Part shown: positions 10,371-20,000 of the stretch, piece after piece
Position numbering within the stretch: position 1 is the first letter of the stretch
Layout: the number at the start of each line of letters is the position of its first letter
Origin: Vulcanimicrobiota bacterium
GTDB taxonomy: Bacteria > Vulcanimicrobiota > Vulcanimicrobiia > Vulcanimicrobiales > Vulcanimicrobiaceae
NCBI GenBank assembly: GCA_963714015.1
Contig: OY970223.1
Span: forward strand, 2,848,001-2,912,000
Reading direction: 5' to 3'
DNA: 64,000 bases
Notes under the pieces: generated by a model
What the model was told of the DNA's origin: nothing
The model's database searches: none
Seen by the model: the letters and a program-made list of their open reading frames with translations, nothing else
Program-made: the position numbers and the translations under genes

Positions 10371-10403
10371 AAAAGGCGCGCCATTGCTGGCGCGCTTTTT
10401 TTT
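10371..10403 (+). terminator. Terminator/attenuator hairpin within a leader
   Basis: GCGCGCCA-TTGC-TGGCGCGC followed by T8, ~45 bp before GGAGG-N5-ATG. Confidence 0.7.
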
Positions 10404-10447
10404 GCGTCGCCTTGAGCGACGGCAGCACGCAAAAACCGGAGGAAAAA

Positions 10448-10624
10448 ATGCCTAATCTCGTTCGCTTCTATAAATCCGAACGGCTTCCTTGTGGCCACAT
10501 CGCCGGTCGAAACCGGCGTGCTCGCGCTCACCGCAGCAACCACGCCGCGTCTTCCACGAGCACTCCGGTGTCGTGTCCGCAATGCAAGGCGGTCGTCCGT
10601 GCGCATTGCGTGCGAAAGGACTGA
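10448..10624 (+). CDS. Small Cys/His protein (possible zinc ribbon)
   Basis: Strong RBS; LPCGH...CPQC. Confidence 0.5.
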   Translation: MPNLVRFYKSERLPCGHIAGRNRRARAHRSNHAASSTSTPVSCPQCKAVVRAHCVRKD

Positions 10625-10625
10625 A

Positions 10626-10931
10626 ATGCGGCAACACGATCAAGGCGTTTTGGAGGCGCTCTCGGTGCTGCGGCGGCTCGGATATGAAGACATCCGTTCC
10701 CGGGCTCACCGCGACGGCGGCTGCTTTTGGGTTGTCACGAACCGCCCGCGTTGCCACGATATGGCGGTTTTCGCCTATTTGGAGTCGGAGTTTGCGGTGC
10801 GCTTCCTCTTCACGGCGTCAGGGTCAAAAACGACGGATTACCGGTCCGCCTGGTACGTTGACCCCGGGGGCAGCGGTGGGCCTGCGGGGACAGCACGACC
10901 TCCGCGTCGTCGCCCAGGTCCTTGGTCTTGA
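10626..10931 (+). CDS. Hypothetical protein
   Basis: AAGGA RBS; ATG directly after the previous stop. Confidence 0.45.
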   Translation: MRQHDQGVLEALSVLRRLGYEDIRSRAHRDGGCFWVVTNRPRCHDMAVFAYLESEFAVRFLFTASGSKTTDYRSAWYVDPGGSGGPAGTARPPRRRPGPWS

Positions 10932-11020
10932 GCTATTGCAGCCCGCCGCTGCGCCGAATCGGCACCGGACGCAAGCGCTCCAAATTATGGCATCGCCGGT
11001 GGAGGCGTCCGGTTGTCTGA

Positions 11021-11476
11021 TCATGAGCGCGCCACGCTCGACGACGCCGTGCGCATCGCGCGCGCGACGATCTCGTCTGGCACGTTGAAGAATCCCAGAC
11101 TGCCCTTGTACGGAATGGGTTGCTTGAACATCCGCGCCCGCGTCAAAAAGTAGCAATAAGGGCCCAACGCCCACGCCCGTTGCGCGCGCGGTACGTCAAC
11201 TAAAGACACGCATTCCACGATGTCCACTAGGCCGATGATCGCGCCGCGCGGCGTTGCACGCAGATCCTCGAGCGTCGGCACCGGCAGCCCGATCTTTTTG
11301 CACGCGCGTCGGATGAACGCTTCGGCGTCGTCGTTGTACCGCTTCGAGGAATGAATGAGCACTGGCCCTCGGACGCGCGTCGGACGCGGCCGGTTTTCGA
11401 TGGTCTTTCGGCCGTCCGCGACGACGAGCGACCACGGCGGCCTGATGGAAATGCACCGCATGCGAGGTGTCTTCAA
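11021..11476 (-). CDS. ASCH domain protein
   Basis: ISIRPPWS...GRKTIENR...RGPVLIHSS...GAIIG...KGSLGFF. Confidence 0.9.
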   Translation of the reverse strand: MKTPRMRCISIRPPWSLVVADGRKTIENRPRPTRVRGPVLIHSSKRYNDDAEAFIRRACKKIGLPVPTLEDLRATPRGAIIGLVDIVECVSLVDVPRAQRAWALGPYCYFLTRARMFKQPIPYKGSLGFFNVPDEIVARAMRTASSSVARS

Positions 11477-11813
11477 TTGCGCCGCGCGTCGCCCTACGGC
11501 GGAGTTTTCTGGTTACCCACTCCGCATAGGACTCTTCGCGGTCCCGCATACCTCGTTCACGCGCCGGATCGGAAGATGTCGTCGAGCGGGGACTCGTATC
11601 CCATGTAGCACGCAAGAAAAACGCCGCGCACGACCTCCGAGAATCGAAGGTAGCCCACGAGGGGTCCATCGGCTCCGGCGTCGCGCGCGAAGATCAGGAA
11701 ACTGTAGCGTTCCGTTGCGGAAATGCTCTGAATCGGCTGTTAAGCGAATTCCAATTTATTCAGCGTGGTGGCTACGGCTGTGATTATATCGCCACGTTGT
11801 GCCACCAGCTGGA

Positions 11814-12277
11814 TTAGGCTAGGCCGCTTCTCGACCTTGCGGTACTCTCGGCGCGGTCCCGTTCTTTGGCCGCCCGGTAGTCGGTGAACAATTCCGACTC
11901 GGCCGCCCCGCCTTCGGCGTACTCAGGCCACACTCGTCCGGCGGCGATTAACATATCGCACAACTCACGGTATGCCGGCCATGTCTCGTCAAGAGCGTAG
12001 AGTAGCATGCCTTTCCACTCGCGCCGCGCAAAACGCCGGACTTCCACAACCGCTCGGTGGCGTCTTTGACCCCTTCGTATGTGCGGCGGCTCGCTAAGCG
12101 CTGGAGGGAGGCCGGGTCGCTTTCACCGTGGGGCGTGTGGACGAGCATGGCAAGCACGTCCGTAACCACATTCTTGTGCTCGACTCCGAAAATCTGATGT
12201 AGATCTAAGCAGCGACGAATGGCGGCGTCTTCAACCGATTCTGTATGCCTGGTTGTATAGCCGTAACTGACGCCATC
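11814..12277 (-). pseudogene. 5'-truncated, frameshifted paralog of the last winged-helix repeat of 2647-4185
   Basis: IFG...VLAML...ERLWKSGV...LYALDETWPAYRELCDML...VWPE aligns by eye with VFG...VLLML...KFEEAGIV...KYLLDPAFPHYKPLDDLL...GFPE. Confidence 0.65.
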
Positions 12278-12343
12278 GGTGGCAACTCTAGATCCCATGG
12301 CCGCAAGCCGATCCGCGACGACGTGGATCGATTGCGCTATTCC

Positions 12344-13102
12344 CTAACGCGCGGCAGGTCGGACAGAGAGCACGGGGTGAAGTTCGATACCGGATGGCGC
12401 ACCGCCGACCTCGCTGTGACCGGTCACGCGATCGAAGAATCCATATCCGTCCACGATCACGAGTGGCGCGTTCCTTATTCCATGGCGGTCGAGCCACCAA
12501 AAACGATTGGTCGCACGGTGGCGCGCAATGTTATCGACGCTGTGCCGCGCGGCGGCAAACGCAGCCGCCCTATTCGACGATGTGCAATATCTCGCCGGAA
12601 TTTCACCGATCATGGTCAGATTCGGGTTTTCCGGATACGCGAGCACCAGATGGTAATCGCTATCGGCTTCCAGTTTCACACCGAGTAGGATTGCTTGGAC
12701 GCTCCATTCTTGGTCTTCGACGCCACCAACTCTGTCCGTCAGAGCGTCGGGATCCGCCGGCGGGTCGAATCTCGTGAGCCGCTCGATGCTCGTGTGAACC
12801 GGCGTCGTGGGCAAAGCCGCATCGCCGGAGAGCATCAGCACCTTTTTCGCCCACATCTCTACGCCGCACCAGCTCCCGTAGCCGATCGCATCGTTGTCGG
12901 CTGCGGACGCAGTAAGTGCCGTTGTGCTCTGCAGTCGGCTAGTGCCGGCGATCTGCACAATTGGGCCGCGTGTGTGTTGACGGACGTAGCGAGCGGCTAC
13001 GAGCAGCCCGCTAACGACGAGCAGCGCGGATAGCACGGCTATTGTCCAGACGGCGCGTTGTCTATTTCGATTACGAATCCACCGCGGCGTACGTTGAGGC
13101 AT
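12344..13102 (-). CDS. Membrane-anchored/secreted putative OB-fold protein
   Basis: N-terminal TM; CGVEMWAKK, DSDYHLVL, GYGFFD and IELHPVL motifs. Confidence 0.65.
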   Translation of the reverse strand: MPQRTPRWIRNRNRQRAVWTIAVLSALLVVSGLLVAARYVRQHTRGPIVQIAGTSRLQSTTALTASAADNDAIGYGSWCGVEMWAKKVLMLSGDAALPTTPVHTSIERLTRFDPPADPDALTDRVGGVEDQEWSVQAILLGVKLEADSDYHLVLAYPENPNLTMIGEIPARYCTSSNRAAAFAAARHSVDNIARHRATNRFWWLDRHGIRNAPLVIVDGYGFFDRVTGHSEVGGAPSGIELHPVLSVRPAAR

Positions 13103-13113
13103 TTAGCGCGACG

Positions 13114-14895
13114 TCACAGTTCCGTCGCTTGGACTCTGCTGAACCCTTTTGCAATGGATGCGTGAGTGACCTCACCCGAGGAATACTTGCAAACGACAAC
13201 AGCATCGCCGGTAGTAAAGGTTTGCGCCTCCACCTGCATGAGATCGTTGTCAACTCGGTACGAACCTCCGCCCACTCGTAATCTACCCGATCTTGCGCCG
13301 CCATCGAAGGTGGAATCGGTGCACGAGGCGAGGACCGTTTTGCCGCTCCCTATGGTCGCCATGACCGTTTGTACCTTCGAATAACCAACGTGCACAGAAG
13401 CGAACCACGTGTCATCGTGTCGAGCCGTGCAAACCGTCGCCGATTCTCCGGTCGTCCAACTGGAGGCGGAAACCTTGAGCAAGTCGTTGTCGATTACGCG
13501 AAATATGGAGCCGTCGGTCGTCCCCACTTCCGTGCCGTCCGGCGCGGAGTAGCCGATATAGAGCTGTCTGCAACTGCCGGCTTCGACGGATGTCGAACCC
13601 GCGGCTGAAGCCTGAGCATCCGAAAATCCGACTTTGAGCGACGTTCCGTCGGCTGAGGAGCAAACGACGACCTGGTCTCCCGTGGCCCAGCTCGATACCG
13701 TCACCTTCATCAGGTCGTCCGAGACGGCATAACGGCGGCCATTGGATGTGACGACCTGGGTGCCGTCGCCGTTTACGGAAGCGATTTCCATTGTTGCGCA
13801 ACCGCTCACCGGTGCTTGAACAGCAGTAGTCATCTGCCTCGAAGGTGTCGGCTGGTAAGCGGTTTGAGGAGGTTGAGTTTCAACCGGTTGCGCTAGAGCC
13901 CCCGGCGTGAGTGCTCCTATCGGTGCAAAGTGCGGGGAACGCGTTCGTGTGACGGGGGCCGGGGGTTGTACGGGCTGCTGATAACTCTGCGTTGTCGATT
14001 GTTGCGCTCGCGGGGTTGACGAGATGTGGCTCAGTTCACCCGTGACGACGAAGAATCCGATTATTGCCGCGGCCGCGATCGCGATACCACCCCATGGCAG
14101 TTTTATGGGCGGACGGATGGCGTCATTCAGAGAGTTGCTCAGGACGAATCCGGTTCGCAGCGGGTCGGCTTTGACCTCGACATGATGATTGCCGACAAAA
14201 ACGGTGTGACTCAACGCAGAAATATGGGCCGATGCTTCGCCTTTCATTTGCTCCAACATCATGGGAATGTTGAGTCGGGCGCTGGCCACGGCAGATCTAC
14301 GCTGCTCGTTCATGAAGTGGTTGAGAAGCTGCTGCTTGACCGTTACGTCGTTGTCGGAAAGCCAGTCGAATCGATCCTCAAGATGCTTAGGGATGGCGTA
14401 CAGTACTTTTTGATTCGAAAAGTGGCCGTCGATAGCCGAAATGACCCTTTCCGAATCGCAGTCTGGGCCGAGATAAACGTACTTTTGAGATCGGGGACCG
14501 TAAGATTTCCAGATCGCTTCGACGATTTTGTGCTTCTCTCGCGTCGGCAGTAGTGGTGGCAGAAGTGCAAATAATCGCACCGCCACTGTGCCGGACATTT
14601 GAACTTCGTCGGGCTGCCAGCGATGCGCGCCGCCTAAGCGCCGCCGTTTCCAGTAATTTCTCCACTTTGGAAACGTTTGCCGTGCGTAGTCTGCGGCAAC
14701 TTCGCCCCAAGTGTCACCGTATCTATTGAACAAATTGTTGAGTGACGCGCTGGGGAGCGAAAAGAACGCTTCCTTCACTACCTCGTCGGTATGGCCGACT
14801 TCGGCCGAGAATGCGTGCGCGTCGGCGATATGCCGCTTAGCGGCTTCTAAGTTATGGTTGCGCTGGTGGTTGCTGCGGCGACGGTAGCGGCCCAT
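13114..14895 (-). CDS. Bitopic membrane protein: N-terminal cytoplasmic domain, TM, Pro/Gln linker and three Cys-bracketed repeats
   Basis: 593-aa ORF; three repeats of C..DG...V.DL(M/L).V..S(W/F).TG(D/E)...VC...G(F/Y)S. Confidence 0.8.
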   Translation of the reverse strand: MGRYRRRSNHQRNHNLEAAKRHIADAHAFSAEVGHTDEVVKEAFFSLPSASLNNLFNRYGDTWGEVAADYARQTFPKWRNYWKRRRLGGAHRWQPDEVQMSGTVAVRLFALLPPLLPTREKHKIVEAIWKSYGPRSQKYVYLGPDCDSERVISAIDGHFSNQKVLYAIPKHLEDRFDWLSDNDVTVKQQLLNHFMNEQRRSAVASARLNIPMMLEQMKGEASAHISALSHTVFVGNHHVEVKADPLRTGFVLSNSLNDAIRPPIKLPWGGIAIAAAAIIGFFVVTGELSHISSTPRAQQSTTQSYQQPVQPPAPVTRTRSPHFAPIGALTPGALAQPVETQPPQTAYQPTPSRQMTTAVQAPVSGCATMEIASVNGDGTQVVTSNGRRYAVSDDLMKVTVSSWATGDQVVVCSSADGTSLKVGFSDAQASAAGSTSVEAGSCRQLYIGYSAPDGTEVGTTDGSIFRVIDNDLLKVSASSWTTGESATVCTARHDDTWFASVHVGYSKVQTVMATIGSGKTVLASCTDSTFDGGARSGRLRVGGGSYRVDNDLMQVEAQTFTTGDAVVVCKYSSGEVTHASIAKGFSRVQATEL

Positions 14896-15198
14896 TTACT
14901 TGCCGAAAAGCCGAGAGACGAGCCCGTTCTTCTTGGTTTGATCCTTACGCGGATTAAGCTGAAACGTGATCCGGTAATCGTCCGTCGACAGGGTCTTTTC
15001 CAGGGCCATCTTGATACCGTATGCGGCCGTTTCCGCGTCTTGCTGTTTAAGCTCGGCGAGAACTGCTTCGGCGTTTTGAAGCAAGGCGTGCATCTTCATG
15101 GCATCGTCGAGGTGATGCTTTTGCGCTACGCGTTCCACGCTTGCGAGTTCCGCCGCCACGTCGGTATCCTCGGAAACGAGGACGTGCGCCTTGAACAC
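14896..15198 (-). CDS. Hypothetical protein (C-terminal GLVSRLFGK amphipathic tail)
   Basis: Abuts both neighbours; RBS present. Confidence 0.7.
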   Translation of the reverse strand: MFKAHVLVSEDTDVAAELASVERVAQKHHLDDAMKMHALLQNAEAVLAELKQQDAETAAYGIKMALEKTLSTDDYRITFQLNPRKDQTKKNGLVSRLFGK

Positions 15199-15202
15199 GA
15201 TC

Positions 15203-15649
15203 CTAGTGGCGCAAGAACATCGAAACCAGAACGATGACGGCGATCACGCCCAGAACGATGTAGAGCGGCAACCAATTGCGGTCACTAGCCATCGTGCGGG
15301 TAAGGCGGCCGGAGGCCGCCTGGGCGGTGTTGCCCATGATGACCTCAGTACGGCCGACCGATGATTCTTGCGTGTGCTGCATCGTTACGGACGTGCCTTC
15401 TTGCGTGGCGATCTCTTTGGTTTTCTGCGACATCACGTCCAGCATATTGCGGAACGCGGTGACGTCGACGTTCATTTGCGCGGCTTTTTTCTGAACGTCA
15501 AGCGCGCCCCGTGCATACTCGGCGACGAGAGCCTGCTGCTGTTCTTCAGTCAACGAACCCAGATCGATGAGGCCCGCACCAGGATTTGAGGGGTCAATGC
15601 GAATCGATTGTCCCGTTTTTTGAAGCGCGCCACCTTGTGAGTCTTGCAC
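15203..15649 (-). CDS. Hypothetical protein with a C-terminal TM anchor
   Basis: HTQESSVGRTEVIMGNT core, then WLPLYIVLGVIAVIVLV. Confidence 0.75.
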   Translation of the reverse strand: MQDSQGGALQKTGQSIRIDPSNPGAGLIDLGSLTEEQQQALVAEYARGALDVQKKAAQMNVDVTAFRNMLDVMSQKTKEIATQEGTSVTMQHTQESSVGRTEVIMGNTAQAASGRLTRTMASDRNWLPLYIVLGVIAVIVLVSMFLRH

Positions 15650-15665
15650 GATAAAAAGCCCCTTT

Positions 15666-15848
15666 TTAAGAACGAAGCTCAACGCGAACGATATGAGAAA
15701 CGTTGACGATATTTCGCCCGCCGGTAGAATCGCGGAGCAGCACAGATTTACTGCCCTTTGTCAGAGCATCTTGTAAATCCGACTCATTCTCTTTCGAAAC
15801 GGTCACTGAACTGCCGTTTGAAAAATGAACGACGATCTCCCGAGACAA
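15666..15848 (-). CDS. Small beta-rich hypothetical protein
   Basis: GGGAGG RBS, TTG start, IVNVSHIVRVELR. Confidence 0.6.
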   Translation of the reverse strand: MSREIVVHFSNGSSVTVSKENESDLQDALTKGSKSVLLRDSTGGRNIVNVSHIVRVELRS

Positions 15849-16133
15849 GCCGACCTCCCGCTGGAATACCCTTGGGCGAGCATGATTCGACGCCGTCTGG
15901 CTGCTTCCCGAGCGGCTGGTCGATCTGGTTCTGCGCCAATAGGAGCCAGGACGCAGCCATCCTTGGTCGAACACCAGTTCGATGACGTACACGTCGTCCG
16001 AGTTCCAAGCGGCCCGGCGCGCACTGCTGGCCTGCTCGGACGCCGATCGCGCCTATCTCCGCCGGTGGATTCTTCGGTGGATAGACGATCGCGGCGACGT
16101 GTTACCTGACGCCGAACACCCGCCGGACAAGGA

Positions 16134-16868
16134 GTGCAAATGAATGCATTGGATCCGGTCGGCGCACACCTCAGTCTTCTCAGGTGGGGCCGATGGGACG
16201 TCGCCGATCCGCCGGAGATCGTGCACGCCGTCGTACCGCGGGATTTTTCAGACGATATGGCGCTGGCGGATATGCTGAGTCGCCCCCACCCATGGCACGC
16301 GATTGTTAACAATTTGGTGATGGATGCGGATGCAAAGTTCGGACACCGTCATTGGTTCGATACGATGACGCACTGGCGCGAGGGGATTGCATCCGGTGCC
16401 GACGGTTCGGGGTTTTATTTGTATCAGCGAATGGGCCAATCGCATGATCGCATCGGTACGATCTGGTGCTACCCGGATGGAACGATCATCAGCCGGACGT
16501 GGATTGTCGGGTTTCATCAGTCGCCGCCGCGGAAGATTTTTTTCATCGAAGATATTGCGGACAGCCTCGCTGGTACGATGTGGTTTGCGGCAAAGTTGTA
16601 CGAGCACGTCGCTTCGGGTCATCGAATGGAATGCGTAGTGCGCAGCGCCCTTGCTTCGGCGCAGAACTTCGAATTGCGATTGGAAGCCGGCCGACAGATG
16701 TTTCAAGTCGTCCAAACCGGCCCCGCTCCGTTTCTCGTCATTCCGGGCGATCTGGAGTGGCGCTATCCGGACGAACCACTCGAGGCTTGCCTCCCGTCCA
16801 TCGCCTCAGCGAACTATTGCTGGCAACGGCTTAAGCCGTTGTATAGCGGCGCACCACGTTCCGCTTGA
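16134..16868 (+). pseudogene. Probable N-terminally truncated protein (resembles C-terminal regions of AlbA_2/Schlafen-type proteins)
   Basis: Plausible protein from ~16195; family assignment is weak. Confidence 0.4.
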
Positions 16869-16949
16869 ACGCGTCACGGCGCACCCGGTTCAAAATCCAA
16901 GGTTTGCCGCTTCTTCTCCCGGCAGTTTTAGGGCCAGTTCGAATCGAAG

Positions 16950-18203
16950 ATGGGAGTCGTGAATCGGGAAGCACCGGCGGTGGCGATATCGTACGTACAC
17001 GGCTACCGCGATCTGGAAATATTGCGCTTGAGCAATTGCCTGCGGCGAGACGGCGTTGATTGCGAAATCGACCAATACGAGCCTGCGCCGGAAACGGGTT
17101 GGGCGCGTTGGATGGCAGAGATGATGACGGAGCGCATCGTGCTCGTCGTGTGCTCGGAATTGTACAACCGGCGCTACCATCTTCGCGACTCGCCCGGAGT
17201 GGGACTCGGTGCGACGTTCGAGAGTGGTCTGCTCGTTCAGCGTGCTCTCGATGCGCAGGGGCGCAACAAGAGCATCATTCCGCTGCTTTTGGATTCGAAC
17301 GATGCTCGGTTCGTTCCGGATTTTCTCAAGGATGTGACGCGTTACGACTTAAGCCACGGCGGCGGCTACGAGGATCTGCTGCGTCGACTGACCAACCAGC
17401 CGGCCGTCCTGCGCCCTCCGTTGGGCACCGTTCCCCACCTTCCGCCAATCGTAGCCGATCCCGCTATGGCAACGCGCCGCAATCTCATTTTGTTTCAGTC
17501 CGAATCCTCCGGGTTTTTCGGCATGCCGCTCCTGGATGTCGAACGTGCCGAAAGCTTTCGCTTGACCGTCACGCCTGATGATTCGGCGGACGTCGCCAAA
17601 CTGCGCAGCCTCAAGAACGAACGCGGCCGCTTCCCGATCGCCTACGGATTGACGGCAGCCTTCGTTCGGCTGCGCAACCTCCGCGAGTTCATGCGAGACG
17701 CGCAAGAGCGCTTCGAACTGGACCTCGTCGAAGTTCCATTCAACAGCGGATTTGGTACCGAAATGTCTTACAACGGAATATCCGCAGACAAGATCGCGGA
17801 AATGCGTGCGCGCCGGATACTTCTGGACGAACCTTTGCCAAACGTTGGCGGCAGCGGATGGGGCGGCGATCTCAATCAGATGACTTTCGAGATGTTCGTA
17901 AGCGGAAGCTCCTCGAGCGGCGACCGCCTCGCCGTGAAATCGTCCCCTGTTCCGCCGCTTGTGCGGGCCATGTCCAACAGCAACGATACGGTCCCGGCAA
18001 CCAAATTGGTGTGCGTCATGCTGCTGATCCTGAGTGGTGCCGTCGAGCATATCTCGCGCCTTGAAATGTCGCTGGAAAGGGGCGATATGCGAATTGATTT
18101 TGAGGGAATTCGGCATAAGACGTACTCGAACGCCGAGCCGGCGCGTATCACGCTGTCGGGCGTTTGCCCGGTGAGTGGAACGGCGAACCAGTACACACAA
18201 TGA
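16950..18203 (+). CDS. SEFIR (TIR-like) domain protein
   Basis: ISYVH...LRRDGVDCEIDQYE...GWARWM...VLVVCSELY...GLGATFE. Confidence 0.85.
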   Translation: MGVVNREAPAVAISYVHGYRDLEILRLSNCLRRDGVDCEIDQYEPAPETGWARWMAEMMTERIVLVVCSELYNRRYHLRDSPGVGLGATFESGLLVQRALDAQGRNKSIIPLLLDSNDARFVPDFLKDVTRYDLSHGGGYEDLLRRLTNQPAVLRPPLGTVPHLPPIVADPAMATRRNLILFQSESSGFFGMPLLDVERAESFRLTVTPDDSADVAKLRSLKNERGRFPIAYGLTAAFVRLRNLREFMRDAQERFELDLVEVPFNSGFGTEMSYNGISADKIAEMRARRILLDEPLPNVGGSGWGGDLNQMTFEMFVSGSSSSGDRLAVKSSPVPPLVRAMSNSNDTVPATKLVCVMLLILSGAVEHISRLEMSLERGDMRIDFEGIRHKTYSNAEPARITLSGVCPVSGTANQYTQ

Positions 18204-18208
18204 AACCA

Positions 18209-18364
18209 TTAAAGCCCGCCGGTCTTCAGCTTTTCCAAGGCGATTCGCATGGCACCCTCGACGACCCAACCGCCGACTGCTTTGCCGGTGCCTTTCGCGA
18301 CCTCCCACGCCTTCGTTAGGGCAGATCGGATCTTAGAAGGGCTCGGCGTGTCTTTCGAAATTTC
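18209..18364 (-). pseudogene. C-terminal tail of the AbiTii-domain gene split by the ISL3 element
   Basis: EIS|KDTPSPSKIRSALTKAWEV continues EEEIS from 22167 in frame. Confidence 0.8.
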
Positions 18365-18599
18365 GGGTATCCGTAATACATTGTTGGTCGGGCCGAGCGG
18401 CAGGCCCGGTAATACGACATGAATATCGCAACACATTGTTGACGGGTGCTCCAAGACATGATAGTTTAATATCGTAATCTATCGTTGGAGGAGCCGGTGT
18501 GACCGCAGCCGAGTTAACCGCTGTTGGGCGTAATTCCCAAATTGAAGATGCCGACTCCGACCCTTATTGGCACGAGGCCCGCCGCGACGGTGCTCATCC

Positions 18600-19952
18600 A
18601 TGAGCGGGAACATTCTCAACCTCCCGCAGTACCGCGTCGAGCACGTGGATGAAGGTGAACACGACTACCACGTTTACGCCGAGACGCTGCACCCTCGCGT
18701 CGTTTGCGAATGCGGCTCGCATGACGTGAGCCGGTGGGGGACGCACGAGCAGGTCGTCAGGGACTTACCGATGCACGGGAAGCGCGTCGGGATCTACCTA
18801 CGCACACGCCGCTTCCGTTGCAACGCTTGTGAGAAGACCGGTTTCGAGCGCCTTCCGGCTGTTTCTGAAAAGCGGGCAATGACGGAGCGTCTTGTTCGCT
18901 GGATCGGCGCGCAGAGCCTCAAGCGCACGTTTTCCTCCGTTGCCGAAGAGGTTGGCGTGACGGAAGGTACCGTCCGCAATATCTTCCGCGATCACGTTAC
19001 CGATCTGGAAACGCAGGTGCGGTTCGAAGTGCCGCGGTGGCTCGGGATAGACGAAATCCATATCATTCGCAGGCCGCGCTGCGTCGTCTCGAACATCGAG
19101 GCGAAGGCTATCGTCAATATCTTGCCCGACCGCAATAAGCGAACCGTTATGGCGTATCTGCACGCGATGAAGGGGCGAGGGCGGGTGAAGTATGTCGCGA
19201 TGGATATGTGGACGCCCTACCGCGATGCCGCCGCCGCCGTCTTGCCCGACGCGAAGGTCGTGATCGATAAGTTCCACGTCGTCCGAATGGCCAACGTGGC
19301 CATGGAGCAGGTGCGCAAGACCCTGCGGGCCCGGCTTTCGCCGAAAGAACGGCGGGGGCTCATGCACGATCGCTTCTTGCTGCTCAAGAGGGAGTACGAA
19401 TTGACTGCGCAGCAGCGGTTCCTTGTGAGTTCCTGGGCGACGCTGCATCCCGAACTAGGCGAAGCGCACCGGCTCAAAGAGCAGTTCTTTGCCATCTACG
19501 ACGCAGAGGACAGGCACGACGCCGTAGACCGCTACGGCAAGTGGGCAACGAGCATTCCGCCGTCCCTGAAGGCGGCCTTCTCCCCAATCACCACGGCTTG
19601 GCGCACATGGCACGACCCGATCCTCAACTATTTCGACCATCCGATCACCAACGCATACACGGAATCGCTGAACAATCTGATTCGCGTCATGAACCGGCTG
19701 GGGCGGGGCTATTCCTTCGAGGCGTTGCGGGCCAAGATTCTCTTCACCGAGGGGCTGCACAAGCACAGCAATAGGCGACCCAAATGGGAACGGCGCTCAT
19801 CACGGCGCGAGTCTGGCAAGACGTACATGTCGGCGATCATATCCTACGACGCGGCGGAGTTCAGCCGGCGCGCGTTTGAGGCAGAGGATGCCATCAACCT
19901 CGGCGTGGACATCGCAGCATTAACACGTCGAATCGAGGCCGGTCGTTTCTAA
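18600..19952 (+). CDS. ISL3 family transposase
   Basis: N-terminal zinc finger; LGIDE, VAMDMW, VIDKFHVV and TNAYTESLNNLIR motifs. Confidence 0.95.
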   Translation: MSGNILNLPQYRVEHVDEGEHDYHVYAETLHPRVVCECGSHDVSRWGTHEQVVRDLPMHGKRVGIYLRTRRFRCNACEKTGFERLPAVSEKRAMTERLVRWIGAQSLKRTFSSVAEEVGVTEGTVRNIFRDHVTDLETQVRFEVPRWLGIDEIHIIRRPRCVVSNIEAKAIVNILPDRNKRTVMAYLHAMKGRGRVKYVAMDMWTPYRDAAAAVLPDAKVVIDKFHVVRMANVAMEQVRKTLRARLSPKERRGLMHDRFLLLKREYELTAQQRFLVSSWATLHPELGEAHRLKEQFFAIYDAEDRHDAVDRYGKWATSIPPSLKAAFSPITTAWRTWHDPILNYFDHPITNAYTESLNNLIRVMNRLGRGYSFEALRAKILFTEGLHKHSNRRPKWERRSSRRESGKTYMSAIISYDAAEFSRRAFEAEDAINLGVDIAALTRRIEAGRF

Positions 19953-20000
19953 GTCGCGTCCATCGAGCTCCCTTTACAGTCGTTGCTTCAGAGATCGGTC

